A DNA stretch of 64,000 nt from Ramazzottius varieornatus (lineage: Eukaryota > Animalia > Tardigrada): NCBI GenBank assembly GCA_001949185.1, contig BDGG01000002.1, positions 7,058,448-7,122,447 of the forward strand, written 5' to 3'. The position numbers and the translations under genes were made by a program. Shown here piece after piece: positions 15,001 to 27,865 of this stretch. The notes below the pieces were generated by a model, which was not told the origin of the DNA, searched no databases, and worked only from the letters and a program-made list of their open reading frames with translations. Positions within the stretch are counted from its first letter, which is position 1, and each line of letters starts with the position of its first letter.

Positions 15001-15059
15001 GGATTATCCGTAAATGTCCATTGGACGAGTAGGACAGCTCCTACGAGAAGGATCTGCAT
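1..15059 (-). CDS. LRP2: Megalin / LDL receptor-related protein 2, multi-exon, 3' part outside the window
   Basis: Spliced minus-strand ORFs give a signal-peptide exon (15059-14978, [27 protein letters not shown], phase 1, compatible with the acceptor at 12741). It is followed by 7 LDLa repeats, 2 EGF/YWTD propellers, 8 LDLa, 4 propellers, 10 LDLa and EGF repeats. The 7-8-10 cluster pattern is the megalin architecture. The first exon is less certain than the rest. Confidence 0.93.
588..700. mobile_element. Palindromic MITE-like element copy (LRP2 intron)
   Basis: TTTCCCAAAAGGGCGCA..TGCGCCGCTTGAGGGAAA inverted arms, diverged copy. Confidence 0.65.
4678..4805. mobile_element. Palindromic MITE-like element copy (LRP2 intron)
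   Basis: CTCGGCAAATAAACT..TTCTCGAGCGGCGCATG..CGTGCGCCACTTGAAAAA..TTTGCC. Confidence 0.7.
6137..6264. mobile_element. Palindromic MITE-like element copy (LRP2 intron 6100-6300), near full length
   Basis: TGGGACGTGAGGCAAATGGACTGAACCAGATCG..CAAGTGGCGCGCA, spacer, TGCGCGCCACTTGGGAAGATGATC..CACATCCCA. Confidence 0.8.
8530..8641. mobile_element. Palindromic MITE-like element copy (LRP2 intron)
   Basis: GATCATTGTCCCAAGTGGCGCACA..TATGCGCCACTTGGAACAACGATC. Confidence 0.8.
10675..10808. mobile_element. Palindromic MITE-like element copy (LRP2 intron)
   Basis: CCAGATCGTCTTCCCAATTGGCGC..GTGCCACTTGGGAAAACGA. Confidence 0.75.
12223..12353. mobile_element. Palindromic MITE-like element copy (LRP2 intron)
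   Basis: TCGTTGTCCCAAGTGGCGCAC..ACGGTCTGGTTCAGTTCATTTGCCCACGTC. Confidence 0.75.
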
Positions 15060-17171
15060 TTCCAGGCGCACTTCTCATCTACACTGGCTGAGCATTTGGA
15101 TACAGCGTCGCGACGATTCGACTCCGCAGCGTCCAGGAGGAATCGGGAATATTATCCGGGGTACGTGTACGTTTAATGGAACACGCAGGCTGCAAAATGG
15201 GATCGCACAGCAATGAGGTAAGTCAGAATTATTATATTAAAAATATTTGCTCAGGAAGTGCCGTGTTGAGAGCTTCAATCTATAATATGAAGGATGGAGG
15301 GATGTCAAGGACAACACTGCAGGGACGGACACAGTTATACAGATTCGACTGGCGCACACTCCAACAACCTCAACCGGTCAGGTAAGCACAGGTAAGCTTT
15401 CTGTCCTGAACGTTTTTTGCCGCACCGCAGATGCCACGTTAGTCAACAACACTTCAAGCTATGAAGTTTTGTGATGCTCGATCGTACATGCGCACATCCG
15501 TGCCACAGAATTGCAGAATCACATTATACGAAAAGTATCGCTCATTTAAGCCTCAGGGTGAGGTCCTATTCCGAACGTGCATTCTGTCTGAGGGGAGTCG
15601 GATCGCCGCCTACGCGTTATGATTGCCCAATTGTGTGGTCGGCCTTAAACCATTTCGGGTACATCTCAGTACGATCATCTCTGCCTGTGTTTACCTGCAG
15701 GCTACCGAGTACTAGCTGCGGCACTGCTGCGCGAAGTTGAACGGCAAGGTAGCCTGCCCCTTCAGATCCACCGCATCTCTCCACAGCGGTCTCAAGAGAC
15801 AGGAAAGAATTGCTAAGTATAATTTGCAAAACAGTTCACTAGGTGCTGGCACTATCGGAGGCGCAAAATATGGAAATTTTGAGCAGATTTTCGGGTTCCC
15901 CTTTCCTCTACAAGAGTCTCGGAAACCGGGATCAGTTTGTGATGATACTTGAAGGCTGGACAGACTATCTGTACGCGGAGTAGTTTTTGTCTGTGCGGTC
16001 ACGATTACATTATGTGCATCAACTGATGCGTTTCAGCTTAGCTTATCTTACAACAAAACTCTCGCGAATGACACAAACGGCGAACCCTTCAACTCGAAGT
16101 TCCGCAAGCACATTGATACCGGCTCACCGAAATCGACTGTGCGGGGATAAGGATTGACCACATTACAGTCATTATGTGTTGCTCGTTCCAGGACCTACAG
16201 CTCTCTAAGTATATTTAACAACAAATGAAAGTCACGAATTCTCTCAGTTTGCGGTACTCGGAATCGAGGGAATGGGGGATTCGGGCTCTCGGCTGATTGA
16301 GGTGCGCCATCTGTCTTGCGGACACAACACTCGCGTTACACCGCCCACCACTATGTCCGAAGGAGTGGGAAGGATGGACGCATTTTGGAGCGCACTTGGT
16401 CCACAGGACATCACGCCAACTTATTAGAGTAAGTTCGCCACCCCACCAAAATCTATCACGAGACTAATGTGCCGTTAACTGACGTAACTGCGCGCTTGGT
16501 TCCAGGGTGGACGAACTCGGAGAACCATATTTCGTGGGAAGACGGGATTTTCCCTGTCGCATGTTCCGAAAGAATGGGTGTTGCGGATTGTCGATTTTGA
16601 TGGTCCTGCGTCAATCAGTGTGTCAGTAGAACGCACCTTATGGCGGAAACTGAGAATGGATACAGCTATGCCAAATTTGTCTGTTGCCGATTAGGTAACG
16701 CATTGTAAATACCTCTAAATAATTTTTTAATTTTGGCTCTCAGAATATACGAAACGCCGAATGAAGAACCGATATAGCATGAGGTGTAGATTGAAAGTCG
16801 CGATGATGTCATGTAGACTGGCAGGAGTTTGAAACGTTACAGAATGAGTTGTGTCTTGTAACCGTGACATAGTACCTTGTCAACACCAATAGTAATACGC
16901 CTGGCGGAAGCCGCTACTGACCGCAGGGATACTAAATCAGCTCCAAAGACAATATACAGCATGCGAGATTTTAGACGTATGAATCGTGCAATCTGAAGCG
17001 TATTGAATATAAATAGGACTGTTTTTTCCCGTTTTGTAACACGGTAGTAAATTGTGATAGTGCTGAGGTTGGAAAATTTTTACACCTTGTTTATTAGTAA
17101 GCTGGTGGCTCCTTACCACGAACGCGCATGCAAACTTCCACGGCCATTTTTTGTAATCTACCTGAGCTCAA

Positions 17172-20100
17172 ATGGGGCTCTTCCAATCTGCCCAGTCTTC
17201 GGCGAGCTGGGCTGTAATATGGATAGTTTGTTCTGTGTTGACGAGCGCAAGGATCTCTTGGTAGGAATATCCATTTGAAGTGACGAATTATCTTATTGTT
17301 CTTTATTATCCTTGTTTTCTAGCGAACCGGCTCAGTTCTCGAACCTTACCGCGTTTGCGAACTCTTCGAGAGTCTTCGTGCGTCCTAGCGCGCCGTTGAA
17401 GACAGAACATCTAGACGAGTGGTTTCGTGAAGCCCTTCAGAAGCACGAAAGTCTCATGCAATGGGAAGAGGAGCTCCTTCATGCCGGTTAGTCCTTGCTT
17501 TCCCCAACCCTGCGATTTTGACGAAACATACAACGGTTTGTTCATCCGTCCGGCTGGGTTCTCTTTGGAAAATAGGCAGGGAACTGATTCCAGGAACTCC
17601 CAGCTATCTGGAGTGGTTGTTACGTCGGTCCCCCGCACCCGCACGCGATTTGGCGCAGTTTGCTCTGGTGGTGGAAGATGTGGCACTGCAGGCGTCAAAA
17701 TGGTATTGTCTTAGGCTATGTTATGAGAGACCGGATTATGTTTTTATAAGCTGAGCTGTCACTATCCGCCATATCGCCTTGTGTAATCCCGTGACTATAA
17801 CCACGAATTAATCACCGCGCTTTCTTTCGAGATCGCCGGGCTGTGATGTAAGCGGCTGCCGTACCTTTCATATACCACAGTCACCAACTATTCCATCGTT
17901 GCAGGACGAAACTTAGTAGCCGTGGGGTAGTATCTGTGGATTTTTCCCAAATCAGTACTGAAGGTACGGAGATGCAGAAGGAATGCCCGCTGGTCGAGAT
18001 AGGTCCTTGTCGAGCCAACAAGTTTAGGTCTTTCGATGGGCAGTGCAACAACGTCGAGAACCCAAACTGGGGGAAGGCTTCTACGGCCTTCGGTCGTGTT
18101 TTACCCAGTGCCTATGCCGATGGAATTCTTACTCCACGTATTGCGGCTGACCATCAACCACTTCCGTCAGCTTCGTCCATCAGTGCGCTCGTCCACAAGG
18201 ATGTTGAGGCACCGCATGAACATATTAGCCAGATGGCGCCTATGTGGGCCCAGCTGGTCGAACAGGACATTTCGAAATCGACGGTCTATGGAGGTAGTCG
18301 AATTATCTTGTTATTTTTGGAAATGGAGGTTTATTTGTGAATTGTTTTTTATCAACAGGTTTACCGGATGACTTCCCAATCTCCTGCTGCCGATCAACTG
18401 CCGTCCACCCCGAATGCTTTCCGATCATCGAGGCGAACAACTTCGTCGGCATGCAGTTTGGAAATGCAACGTGCCTCAACTACATTCGTTCCTTGACCGT
18501 ACCGTCATCTGGTTGTCGTTTGGGTGAGTTTCTCCCAAAGTATATACAGAAATGACGGAGGTATCTTTTTGTTATTGGTGGGCTTTATCAATGTTTATGA
18601 ACGAGCTGATTATTATTCTTGGTGCTGTTGATGAATTTAATACTGTAAGAATGATGTGCTTTCGATGACTGACATTGTACGTAACAGAAATTCTGTAATC
18701 GTCGGCCTTGATGTGAAGATTACTTAAGGCTCTAAAATTTCTCATGGTTGCAGGTGCGAGACAACAGGCTAATGCTGCGACGCATTACTTGGATGCCTCC
18801 AACATCTACGGGGCTGAACAAGGCTTCCATTCATACTTCGACGATAAAGGTAACTTAGTACACACATGCGATGCAATGGCTTAATTAACAGCGAAATCGG
18901 AACCTTCCCAACAGCAGTCAATCATGATCTTGCTTCATAGGAATGCTGTATATGCCGACTGACCACAGTGCCAAAGGTCTTCCTGAAGAACTTACCGATG
19001 TGGCCGGATGTCACCGTCCAAATGCCGACCCGGCAAAATGCATGAGATCTTTTGCCGCTAAATCCCGGGGACATGGGTTGGTTCCTGTGACAGTCCTGAA
19101 AGCCATGTATGAAAAACTCTCCTTACTGGCAGAATTTGGTAATGTTTGTCCTACAGCTTCTTTCTGGTTGTTAGTCTGATGCGAGAACACAATCGACTAG
19201 CTGCGGCTTTGCACAAGATAAATCCCCATTGGGACTCTGCAATCACGTTTCAAGAAGCTCGACGCGTCGTCGCTGCTCAGGTACAGCATATTACAATGAA
19301 AGAGTTCCTTCCTCTGGTTGTCGGACAACAAGCCATCGAAAAGTACCATCTGAATTCGAGTGATCACGATTTCTTCAAAGGTACGCTTTTCTGGAAATGC
19401 CCATGAGCGCAAAGGATGTGATATTTTGACTGTTCCACTTCACAGGTTATTCTATGAGGACTGAAGCTAGCGTGGACGCTGCAGTCAGTGTTGCTGGGTT
19501 GAAGTTCTGGCATAAGCTGATGGACGACGGGATTCTCCACAGTTTGGCGAATAGCTCGCACACTGTCCGCTTGTCCAAAGAAATGCTTCAGGTTTCGCAA
19601 GTCTTGACGGAAGGCGGATTTGACAGTTACCTGTTGGGTATGGTGCGCCAAGCTAGCCAGCAGAAGGGTGCTGGAGTGACGTCCCAGCTTACCCAGCACT
19701 GGATGCAGGGACCCGAAGACACTGAAGGCTTGGATCTACCGGCGATCACGATTCAGGTGAATGCAATTATCATCAAATCGCATTGCGGGGACGGTTTCAA
19801 GCACTTTGGTCTTTTAGCAAGGAAGAGACCATGGCGTGGCCGGTTATAACATATGGCGTAAGCACTGTGGCTTGTCTCGCGCCAGTTCGTTCTCAGATTT
19901 CCAAGACACAATATCGAAAGCGACTGTCAAGAAACTAGACAAAATCTACCGGTAAGCTATCCGTCACATGAATTGTAACTGCTACCACTTTGTGCGTCGT
20001 ATTGATCAATTCTCTCGTCCTTACAGGTCCGTGGAAGACGTCGACTTATATACTGGTAGGTCTTCCTTTTCAAACTAACCTTGTTCAAACTTGCCCAAGA

Positions 20101-23100
20101 GAATTCAGCCAAAAAGAAGGACGTTTCTTTGGCGGTCCTTTTGTTCGAAATCTGCTTGCTTGGTTTATTAGCTCCCATTTCGTTTTTTCTCCGTGGCAGG
20201 CGGTCTGTCGGAAACTCCACTTCCGGGTGCGCTAGTTGGTCCTGTTTTTGCCTGTATGCTTGGACGACAGTTCTCCAGGCTCCGACGAGGAGATCGCTTT
20301 TGGTACGAGAACGATGTACCTCCATCGGCGCTATCCCTGGGACAGCTGGAAGAAATACGCAAGATTACACTGTCAAGACTGATATGCGACAACGGTGACA
20401 ACATAACCACCATTCAGCCTCGCGGTTTTCTTCTTCCCGACATCCATCTGAACGCTCCTGGTTCCTGCGCCGCACTTCCCGAGATGGATCTGTCTCAATG
20501 GAAAGAGAGCGATCCAGCCTTGAACAATACTACGAACCAGACAGATCTCCTGCAACACAGGGTTCGCCGACAGAACTTCCGGTTCCCACAGGGTAACTTC
20601 CGTCAGCAGGCAAACGTGCGCCAGAACCGACAGCTGCAACCGGTCAACCAGTTCCAGAATATCAATCCGCAAGACAATACTTGTGGGGAGAGAAGTCAGG
20701 GATGTAACTCAGCCAACAAGTTCCGTACAGTCTCTGGATTCTGTAATAATTTGAACCACCCGGAATGGGGAACATCCAACCGGCTGTTCTCGCGATTCAT
20801 GGCACCAGCCTACGATGACGGTAAGCCATCCTTGCTGATTACTGCGTCACTGCTTAAGTGTTAATTCGTAACCTTGAGCAACTAAGTTGTCTTTTTCTAG
20901 GGGTAGGGGAAATAAGGAAGAGTAGTGCAGTGGGCGGATCTTTGCCACCTGTTCGAGCTGTACGAACTCAAGTGCTGACTGACGTCGACCGACCTCATCC
21001 TAAGTTCACGGTAAAAAGTCTCCTCTGAACTTTTGCAGTGAGTCCGCAGGGAAAACTTGAAGGTCTATATTGGTAGCTCGATAAACTAGCTGACCATGTG
21101 ATTTCTTTTCCCAAGTGGCGCATGTTCTCGGTATTACAGGCCGAAAGCGTGCGTCACTTGGAAAAACGATCTTATCAAGTTTGCTTGCCAAGCTAGCTTC
21201 TTGATGACTGTGAAAATTGATTATCAGTTTCCACGACAAGCGAAATATGGAATACCATTGTTCTATGTTGCAAAGTAAAGCGTTGGTCTTTGTAGACCTT
21301 GTTGATGACATTCGGCCAATACGTTGACCACGATTTTACCAACACACCCATGGCTACCAGCGGCAACGGCGGTTTCCTCTCCTGTCGGGATTGTAACTCT
21401 GATCAAACTGTCAGTCGGGAATGCGCACCCATCAGAGTTCCACAAGGGGATCCCGTCATGGCGGCGTTTGACCAACGTGGACAACCGCTATGTCTCAGCT
21501 TCACTCGCTCTCAGTCGAACCGAGGCTCCGACGGAAGAAGGCAGCAACTCAACCAGCTCACTTCGTACCTGGACGGGTCCAACCTATACGGAAGTAGCGT
21601 GTGTACGACCCGAAACCTCCGCTCGTTTAATGGCGGTAAGCATAGCACTTCTGGTTAGATTCATACAGCTTATATCTCACGGATCTGTCTTTCCCTGCAG
21701 GCCGAATAGCCATGACGAGGAATCGCAATGGGATGAAGGATTTACTGCCTCAGAGTACCAACCGTAACGATGTCGAGTCTTCGGAATGCCGGAGTACGAA
21801 CCCCAACAACTTGTGCTTCAAGTCCGGAGACGCCAGAGTATGTGACTTTTTTCTGTTCGCTGACTTCCGGTCATTGGGCGCCTAAATACGAATCACATGT
21901 TCATTTTTTGTCGTTTCAGTCTAATGAACAGCCCGGATTAGTCATTATGCACACGATATTCGTACGTTGTTCATTTGCTAGTTATCAAAATTATTTAGAT
22001 TTAGCGAAATTTATTTCTTGATGTGGTTTTGTAGGCTCGGGAGCACAATAGCATAGCAGACCAACTTCGAGCCGTGAACCCACAATGGAACGACCAAAAG
22101 TTGTTTGACGAAACACGTCGCATAGTCACCGCCCTTCTCCAGCACATAACCTACAACGAATGGCTCCCTCGCGTAGTCGGCCAACCCGTCACAAACCTCT
22201 TCGGTCTGGCCTTGAGGAAGAGCGGGTTCTACGATGAGTACGACGATACATGCGACGCCACCATTAGTAACGAGTTCTCAACGGCTGCCTTCCGCTTCGG
22301 TCACAGTCTCGTTCCTTCCAAATACGGACGTTACGATAATACGTTCAACTCCGTCGCTCCTTCTGTTAACCTGTTCGAGCACTTCTCCAGAGCCGATCTT
22401 CTGTATGATGACCTGGGTGTGGATAAGCTTTTGATTGGGTTTACCATTGAGCCAATGCAGAGCGCGGACTTCTCGTTCTCGCAAGTAGTGGCAAACCGTC
22501 TCTTCCAAGAACCAAGGGCGGCGCTGGGTACGGACTTGATCTCGATCAACATTCAACGAGGGCGCGACCATGGTCTTCCGGGTTACAATGCTTACCGAGA
22601 ACGGTGTAACATGACACGGGCCAGGACCTTCGACGATCTGTTAGGAGATATTCCGAAGTTTCTAGTGGATAAGTTCGCACAGGTGTACAGACATGTCGAC
22701 GATATCGACTTGTTCGCTGGTGGAACTTCCGAACTTCCGGTTGTTGGAGGTACTTTGAGACTTCTTTCCTTCTCGTATGAATGTGTTACTGTGCAGTTTG
22801 TCATCGATGAACTTGGTTTCCAGGTCTTGTGGGTCCAACATTTGCTTGCATCATTGCTGAACAGATGTTGCGAGTTCGAAAGTGTGACAGGTTCTGGTAT
22901 GAGACCAGCGACCCCAATCTGAAGTTCTCGTCAGGTGATACATTAGACCTAAATGACTCTGACTTTTGGCTTGTACTGTAATAATGGAAGTGTTAATGAA
23001 CGTTGTATTAACGTGTGTTGGTTCTCGTTAGCTCAACTGGCCGCCATAAGGAAAGTCACCATGGCTCACGTCGTTTGTAAGAACTCCGATACGATCAACC

Positions 23101-23489
23101 GCATCCAGAGAAACGTCTTCGACTTGCCGGATACATTCCAGAACAGTCACATTCCTTGTGACGATATACCTGGTCTTGATGTTACACCTTGGCAACAGGT
23201 AAGGGAAGCATTCATCTCTGCTGCAGTGTGGAATTGCATCGGTTCTGTCGAGCAGGTGACCGCTTGTACGATGGCCGGAAGTACCTTCCAAGTGGGAGAA
23301 ACCAAGAGGATTTCTCCGTGCAAGACGTGTACCTGCACGACGAACGGCCCGGACTGTCGGTCGTTGAACATGAGAAGCTGCGCCGATCTGGAGCAGGATT
23401 TTTCGCGGGAGGAAATCTTGGCGGATGATGTCTGTAAGGTGCAGTGCATCAAAGAGTTTTCAGACTCCACAGACAGTGATAATTTTTGA
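17172..23489 (+). CDS. Secreted double-domain animal heme peroxidase (peroxidase-cyclooxygenase family; DBLOX/HPX-2-like)
   Basis: Signal exon 17172-17260 (MGLFQSAQSSASWAVIWIVCSVLTSARISC). Domain 1 has FRSFDGQCNN, REHN, QGRDHG and RRGDRFWYE. Domain 2 has FRTVSGFCNN, FGQYVDHD, GDAR-SNEQ, AFRFGHS and NIQRGRDHG. The Cys-rich C-terminal tail (PCKTCTC...CKVQC) ends at TGA 23489. Confidence 0.92.
21072..21197. mobile_element. Palindromic MITE-like element copy (peroxidase intron)
   Basis: TTTTCCCAAGTGGCGCATG..CGTGCGTCACTTGGAAAAACGATC. Confidence 0.75.
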
Positions 23490-24299
23490 ACGAAATTGAA
23501 GCGGACGACTTTTTCGGCACATTGTTAGGTTGATGTTGGACGCAGCATTTTCGAAAAATTTTCTAGGTTTGTTTTTTTGTAAATTTCATGACAAAAGTTG
23601 GTGCTACATTTCAATCTCTTCTTGCAACATTGGGTACTACCGCTCCATATTCCAATAATACGACTCTCACGAGTCTCGCACCGGTGAAGTACCGAGTACT
23701 CGTGTAAACTGCATTATCGTTTGCATTTCTGTATGCTTGGGTCCAAGCTTGTTTGTTTGTTTGATGACGAAAAAACCGACCATCTCATCATTTTCATAGC
23801 AGGAATTGTAATGACTCACGGAGCAAGCCCTACCTGTTGAGCTTGTTATGGATTAACAAGTTGTACTTCAGTCGAAAGAAAAACAAGTTCCATCAAACGG
23901 GGTTTGGCAGAGTTAAGCCGAAGTCGAGCTTCCGCTTATCAAGTTTATCCTCGTTAGATATGCGTGAATTTGAATTTCAAACTGACCGATTTACGTGTGG
24001 CTTGACAGTTTGTGTTTTTGACTCTCTGATGTCTGATTTGAGGTTTGAATTCAGAACAGAGTCTTCTATTCCGAGGCAGTATTTCATTACAGTTGATCGA
24101 CGCTTTGATTTCTGGAACAAGGATGTGTGATATTGTACGTGATGGTGTGCTGCTTCCCCATGCGACCTAATTTGAAGTACCGAAGTGTTTTTCATTCCGC
24201 AAAAGACTGTGATTTTCCGTTGCTTCAAACGAAGAATATATGAGATCTTGCAACTGTGATCCTCCGGAAGAGTTTTCCACGTGACGTTACGCAGCCGAG

Positions 24300-25016
24300 A
24301 TGGCTCGTAGTATCTTGGGTCTTGGGCTCATTCTATCCTCGCTTTCCGTCCTATGTCCGTCAGATGCCTCACCTACCCCACTCGAACGCTCGAAACGACA
24401 GGACATCTCAGCCTTGGTAAGTCCCTGTTTCCTTCATTCCCCAACAGCACACTGGATAGAGTGTACGAAATTCTTATAGTTGGGTCTGCTAAACCAAGGA
24501 GGAACTCAAGCAGCAGGAAATGGCCAAAGCGGCAGCAACCCGCTAATTGACCTCGTAAAAGGCTATGCAGTGAAGAAGGTCCTCGGAGAGGGAGCCATGG
24601 GACAACTGATCGGAAGCAGCCTTGGCTTTGGAGATCTGTATACGACCACCACCCCGGCTCCTGGTTTTTTTGACAGGCTGTTTGGCAGAGCCACAACTCT
24701 TCCTCCCCCAACGACCACGACAACGACTCAAGCAGCGCCGGGTTTCTGGAAGAAACTATTTGGAGGAGCGTCCGCGACTACGGAAACTACCACAACTACA
24801 ACCACTACCACAACTCCCGAACCGGGTATCTGGGACAGGATATTGAGCTTTGGAAAAGGTTCCAGTTCGGCGCCCGCAGCGCCGAATAATAAGGAATCTG
24901 TCCATGTCAACCAGGATGTTGATGCTGGTTCCTCAAGAGATACTCAACATCTACCTTCGGCAACACAATCGACTGGCTTTTTATCTTCCTTGGCGAATCA
25001 GTTTAGGCAAGGCTAG
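24300..25016 (+). CDS. Secreted prepro-protein 1 of the tandem cluster (Thr-rich tracts plus repeated PGF(F/W)xxLFG motifs)
   Basis: Exon 1 24300-24416 encodes MARSILGLGLILSSLSVLCPSDASPTPLERSKRQDISAL (signal peptide plus RSKR). Phase-0 GT-AG intron 24417-24479. Exon 2 24480-25016. AATAAA near 25124. Confidence 0.85.
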
Positions 25017-25443
25017 TTTCTGCTCACTGGTTCTCATGTTTAGATGTTTTGTTGAGTTACTAGACGTTTAAATTCTTGTGGAGCTGCAATATTATTATAG
25101 TAGTTTTCGATGTGCCCTCGGTTAATAAATCATGACAGGCAAAGTGATGAAGTAAAGAGGTCTGACTGACCCACCGGTGTAAGGCTGTGTTATGTCATGC
25201 AGTTCAAAATCTCGGCGTTGCGATTGGGTTGATGTAGCAGATTAGATCAAAAGAAGACTTGAAGAGTGGGTTTTTCCGCTCTGCTTTGTTTTGAAGAAAC
25301 TTGCGGTAGCAGCTTACGAGCTACAAAAACAGTCCACAAATTGTAACTTCTACTTCCCATTTGTCGCGGTCATTTTCGTTCCAGCGTCGATTACCCATCA
25401 TTTCCGTATTTCCGCCACCCGAGACTCCCGACAACCATCCGAA

Positions 25444-26048
25444 ATGACAAAGATGTCCGTCGCAGCTCTCTGCATCCTTGTTGCCGTCTTCGGATCTGCT
25501 GTGAATGCCGCTCCAGTGGAAAGCGACCTGGGACACCAGCTCAGCAAGCGTAGTTCCGATATGACGTCCATGGTGAGCACTTTCTCGTTTGCGCCACTGT
25601 TAATGTACCCGGAAGTTGCAAGCAACACCCCTACCGTCATCGAGTTAAAATTATATCGAGTGTGCTTTTGCAGCTAGCGACTTTGGCCCAACAGTTTTTC
25701 TCTACTGCGGGTCAGAAGGGTGTGAACGAACTGCAGACCGCGTCCGACAAACCCAGCATCCTTCAGAAGTACCTGGGAAGTGCCTTGTCCGGAAGCAATG
25801 TCAGCGGACTCCTGAGCGGCACCGGGGACGGCCAAGGAGGTTTCATCCAGATGCTGATCCAGAAGATTCTGAGCATGTTCTCCGGAGCTGCCGCCGGACT
25901 CACCGGTACCGAAGCTGGTTCTTCTCCATCCGTAGCCGGCAGCGCTGTTGGTGCTTTCGATGCCTCTACTGGAACAGGTGGCAAGCACTCGATCGCTGGC
26001 GACCTCCTGAAAGCTGCGGCCCAACAAGTCATGGCTCCTAAGGCCTAG
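25444..26048 (+). CDS. Secreted prepro-protein 2 of the tandem cluster (Gly/Ser/Ala-rich, amphipathic)
   Basis: Exon 1 25444-25572 encodes MTKMSVAALCILVAVFGSAVNAAPVESDLGHQLSKRSSDMTSM. Phase-0 intron 25573-25673. Exon 2 25674-26048 starts LATLAQQFFSTAGQKGVNEL. AATAAA at 26216. Confidence 0.88.
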
Positions 26049-26621
26049 GCTTGTTATGATCTTTCCATTCATTGAGAATAGAGTTTGATCAGCAACGGGT
26101 TTTAGTTCTTCCTGCCATTTTTCCAAGTTTTCGTGCATGTGGGTGCTTTTTAAGTTAGGGTTGTTGTGTTTTGTCCAATGGAAACCAAAATGGCGGATCT
26201 GTAAAAATGTCTTCGAATAAAAGAGCTCAAGTTGAGACTGCTGATGCCGTGGCTCGATAACGTCTTTGCAGATTCACTGGCGCCATGGAATTTCCCTGAT
26301 TGAAATCCTGTCTCGAGTGGACTTTCATCATCTGATGCGCCTTCTTGCCCGAAATAGCATCAGGCTGCAAATACACTTCTATACAACAACAAGTCGTTCC
26401 GAGGCAGGCGTCAACTAATGCGTCAACCTTGTCCGCACCTAGATATTGGTACGAGTTGTGGGGACAGTAGTGTAGAAATCGAAACAAAAGGAACGTATTT
26501 GGATATCAGTTCGGATTAATTTTGGCCTGCCCTTTCTCCCAAAGCTCGACAGACCTCGTTTCTTTATCTTCCGAAAATCCAGCCTGTTCGGTGTCATTGA
26601 TTGTTGAATTTGTGGCGAAAT

Positions 26622-27418
26622 ATGGCGAAAGAATATACCTTCTTTTCTTGCATGATAGTCAGCGTTTCCCTCTTATCCAGCCAAGGAGTTTTTGGGCGCA
26701 GCCTAGCGGGAAACCCAGCGTCGGACTCAAGAACTAAGCGCGATATGTCCTCCATTGTAAGTTTCATTACTGCGCGTATGAGCCGAGATTTTTTTCTGAC
26801 GTTTAAAAGTGATTTGTCTTTCAGATCGCTGGTTTGGCTAGCTCGTTCTTCAATAAAGGTGGACAGAAGGGCGTTGAAGAGCTAAACAACAGTCAAGATC
26901 AGCAATCCGTCCTGATGAAATACCTGGGACCTGTGGTGATGGCTGCCTTGGTTGGTGGCGGCGGCAACGATTTGATTGGATCGATCCTCAAGTCTTTCAC
27001 AGGTGGCTCATCCGGGTCTAGTAGTTCTGGTGGCAGCAACACCGGCACAAGCTTCATTAGCCCCAACAGCCCTGGAGGAAGCTCTTCCGGGTCTCGCAGC
27101 CCAACGTCGTCGTCGTCATCCAACTCTGGTAGCAACAACTTCCAGCCACTTCCGGGATCGAACTCAAAGACGGGAGTCGCCATAATCAACTCCAGCCCGA
27201 ACGACCGCCGATCGCCTTCTCCGTCTTCCGGAAGTGGGGTCGATAATGACTACAGTGACCCGATGATCCCTACTGGCAGTGGACGAGGAACTGGCGGAGT
27301 CGGCAAGAACAGGAACCCTGGACTTACGCGAGATAACAGTCAAAGCGACCTTTTCTCTGGAACCCGGGGCGGTTCTGGACGTCGTCCGACTCCACCAACG
27401 AACGACAACGATTACTGA
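26622..27418 (+). CDS. Secreted prepro-protein 3 of the tandem cluster (Ser/Gly-rich disordered tail)
   Basis: Exon 1 26622-26756 encodes MAKEYTFFSCMIVSVSLLSSQGVFGRSLAGNPASDSRTKRDMSSI. Phase-0 intron 26757-26824. Exon 2 26825-27418 starts IAGLASSFFNKGGQKGVEEL. AATAAA at 27596. Confidence 0.88.
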
Positions 27419-27865
27419 GAACGCGACCGGAAGTTTACTTTTGTTTATGGGGCCGTAGTTTGTTTTGGTTTTTTGGCAAGACCTTTATTACGGGGATTAA
27501 TTTTGCAGCCAGCGCCTGTACACAGTACGTGTTCTTCTAATTCTCGGCCGCATTAATATGAAACTCAATTGTCACAAAGTCGTTATCAGGTGTCAAATAA
27601 ACACTGTGATATTTAATTAATCAAGATGCCTTGGTGTAGATGGAATTTGATCTGTTTCCAAGATGGCAACATGATAGTGGTTGGCGGCGACCGAACCGAC
27701 CGATCTTCGTAGAACCAACGAGCAAGCCCAAATTTACGCCTCACTTTTACTAATGCTATCGACTTCAGATCTAGTTGGCTGGCGCCAAGGTCCGCTGGAC
27801 AACTATCTTTGAGAAATTGCTCTGAGATGTAAATGTTAGTCTAGAGTAACGAAACGACAGCAATT

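Noticed and set aside
16248-16694. Exon-like segments upstream of the peroxidase
   Set aside because: All frames hit stops, and the signal exon at 17172 already completes the gene. At most UTR or decayed sequence.
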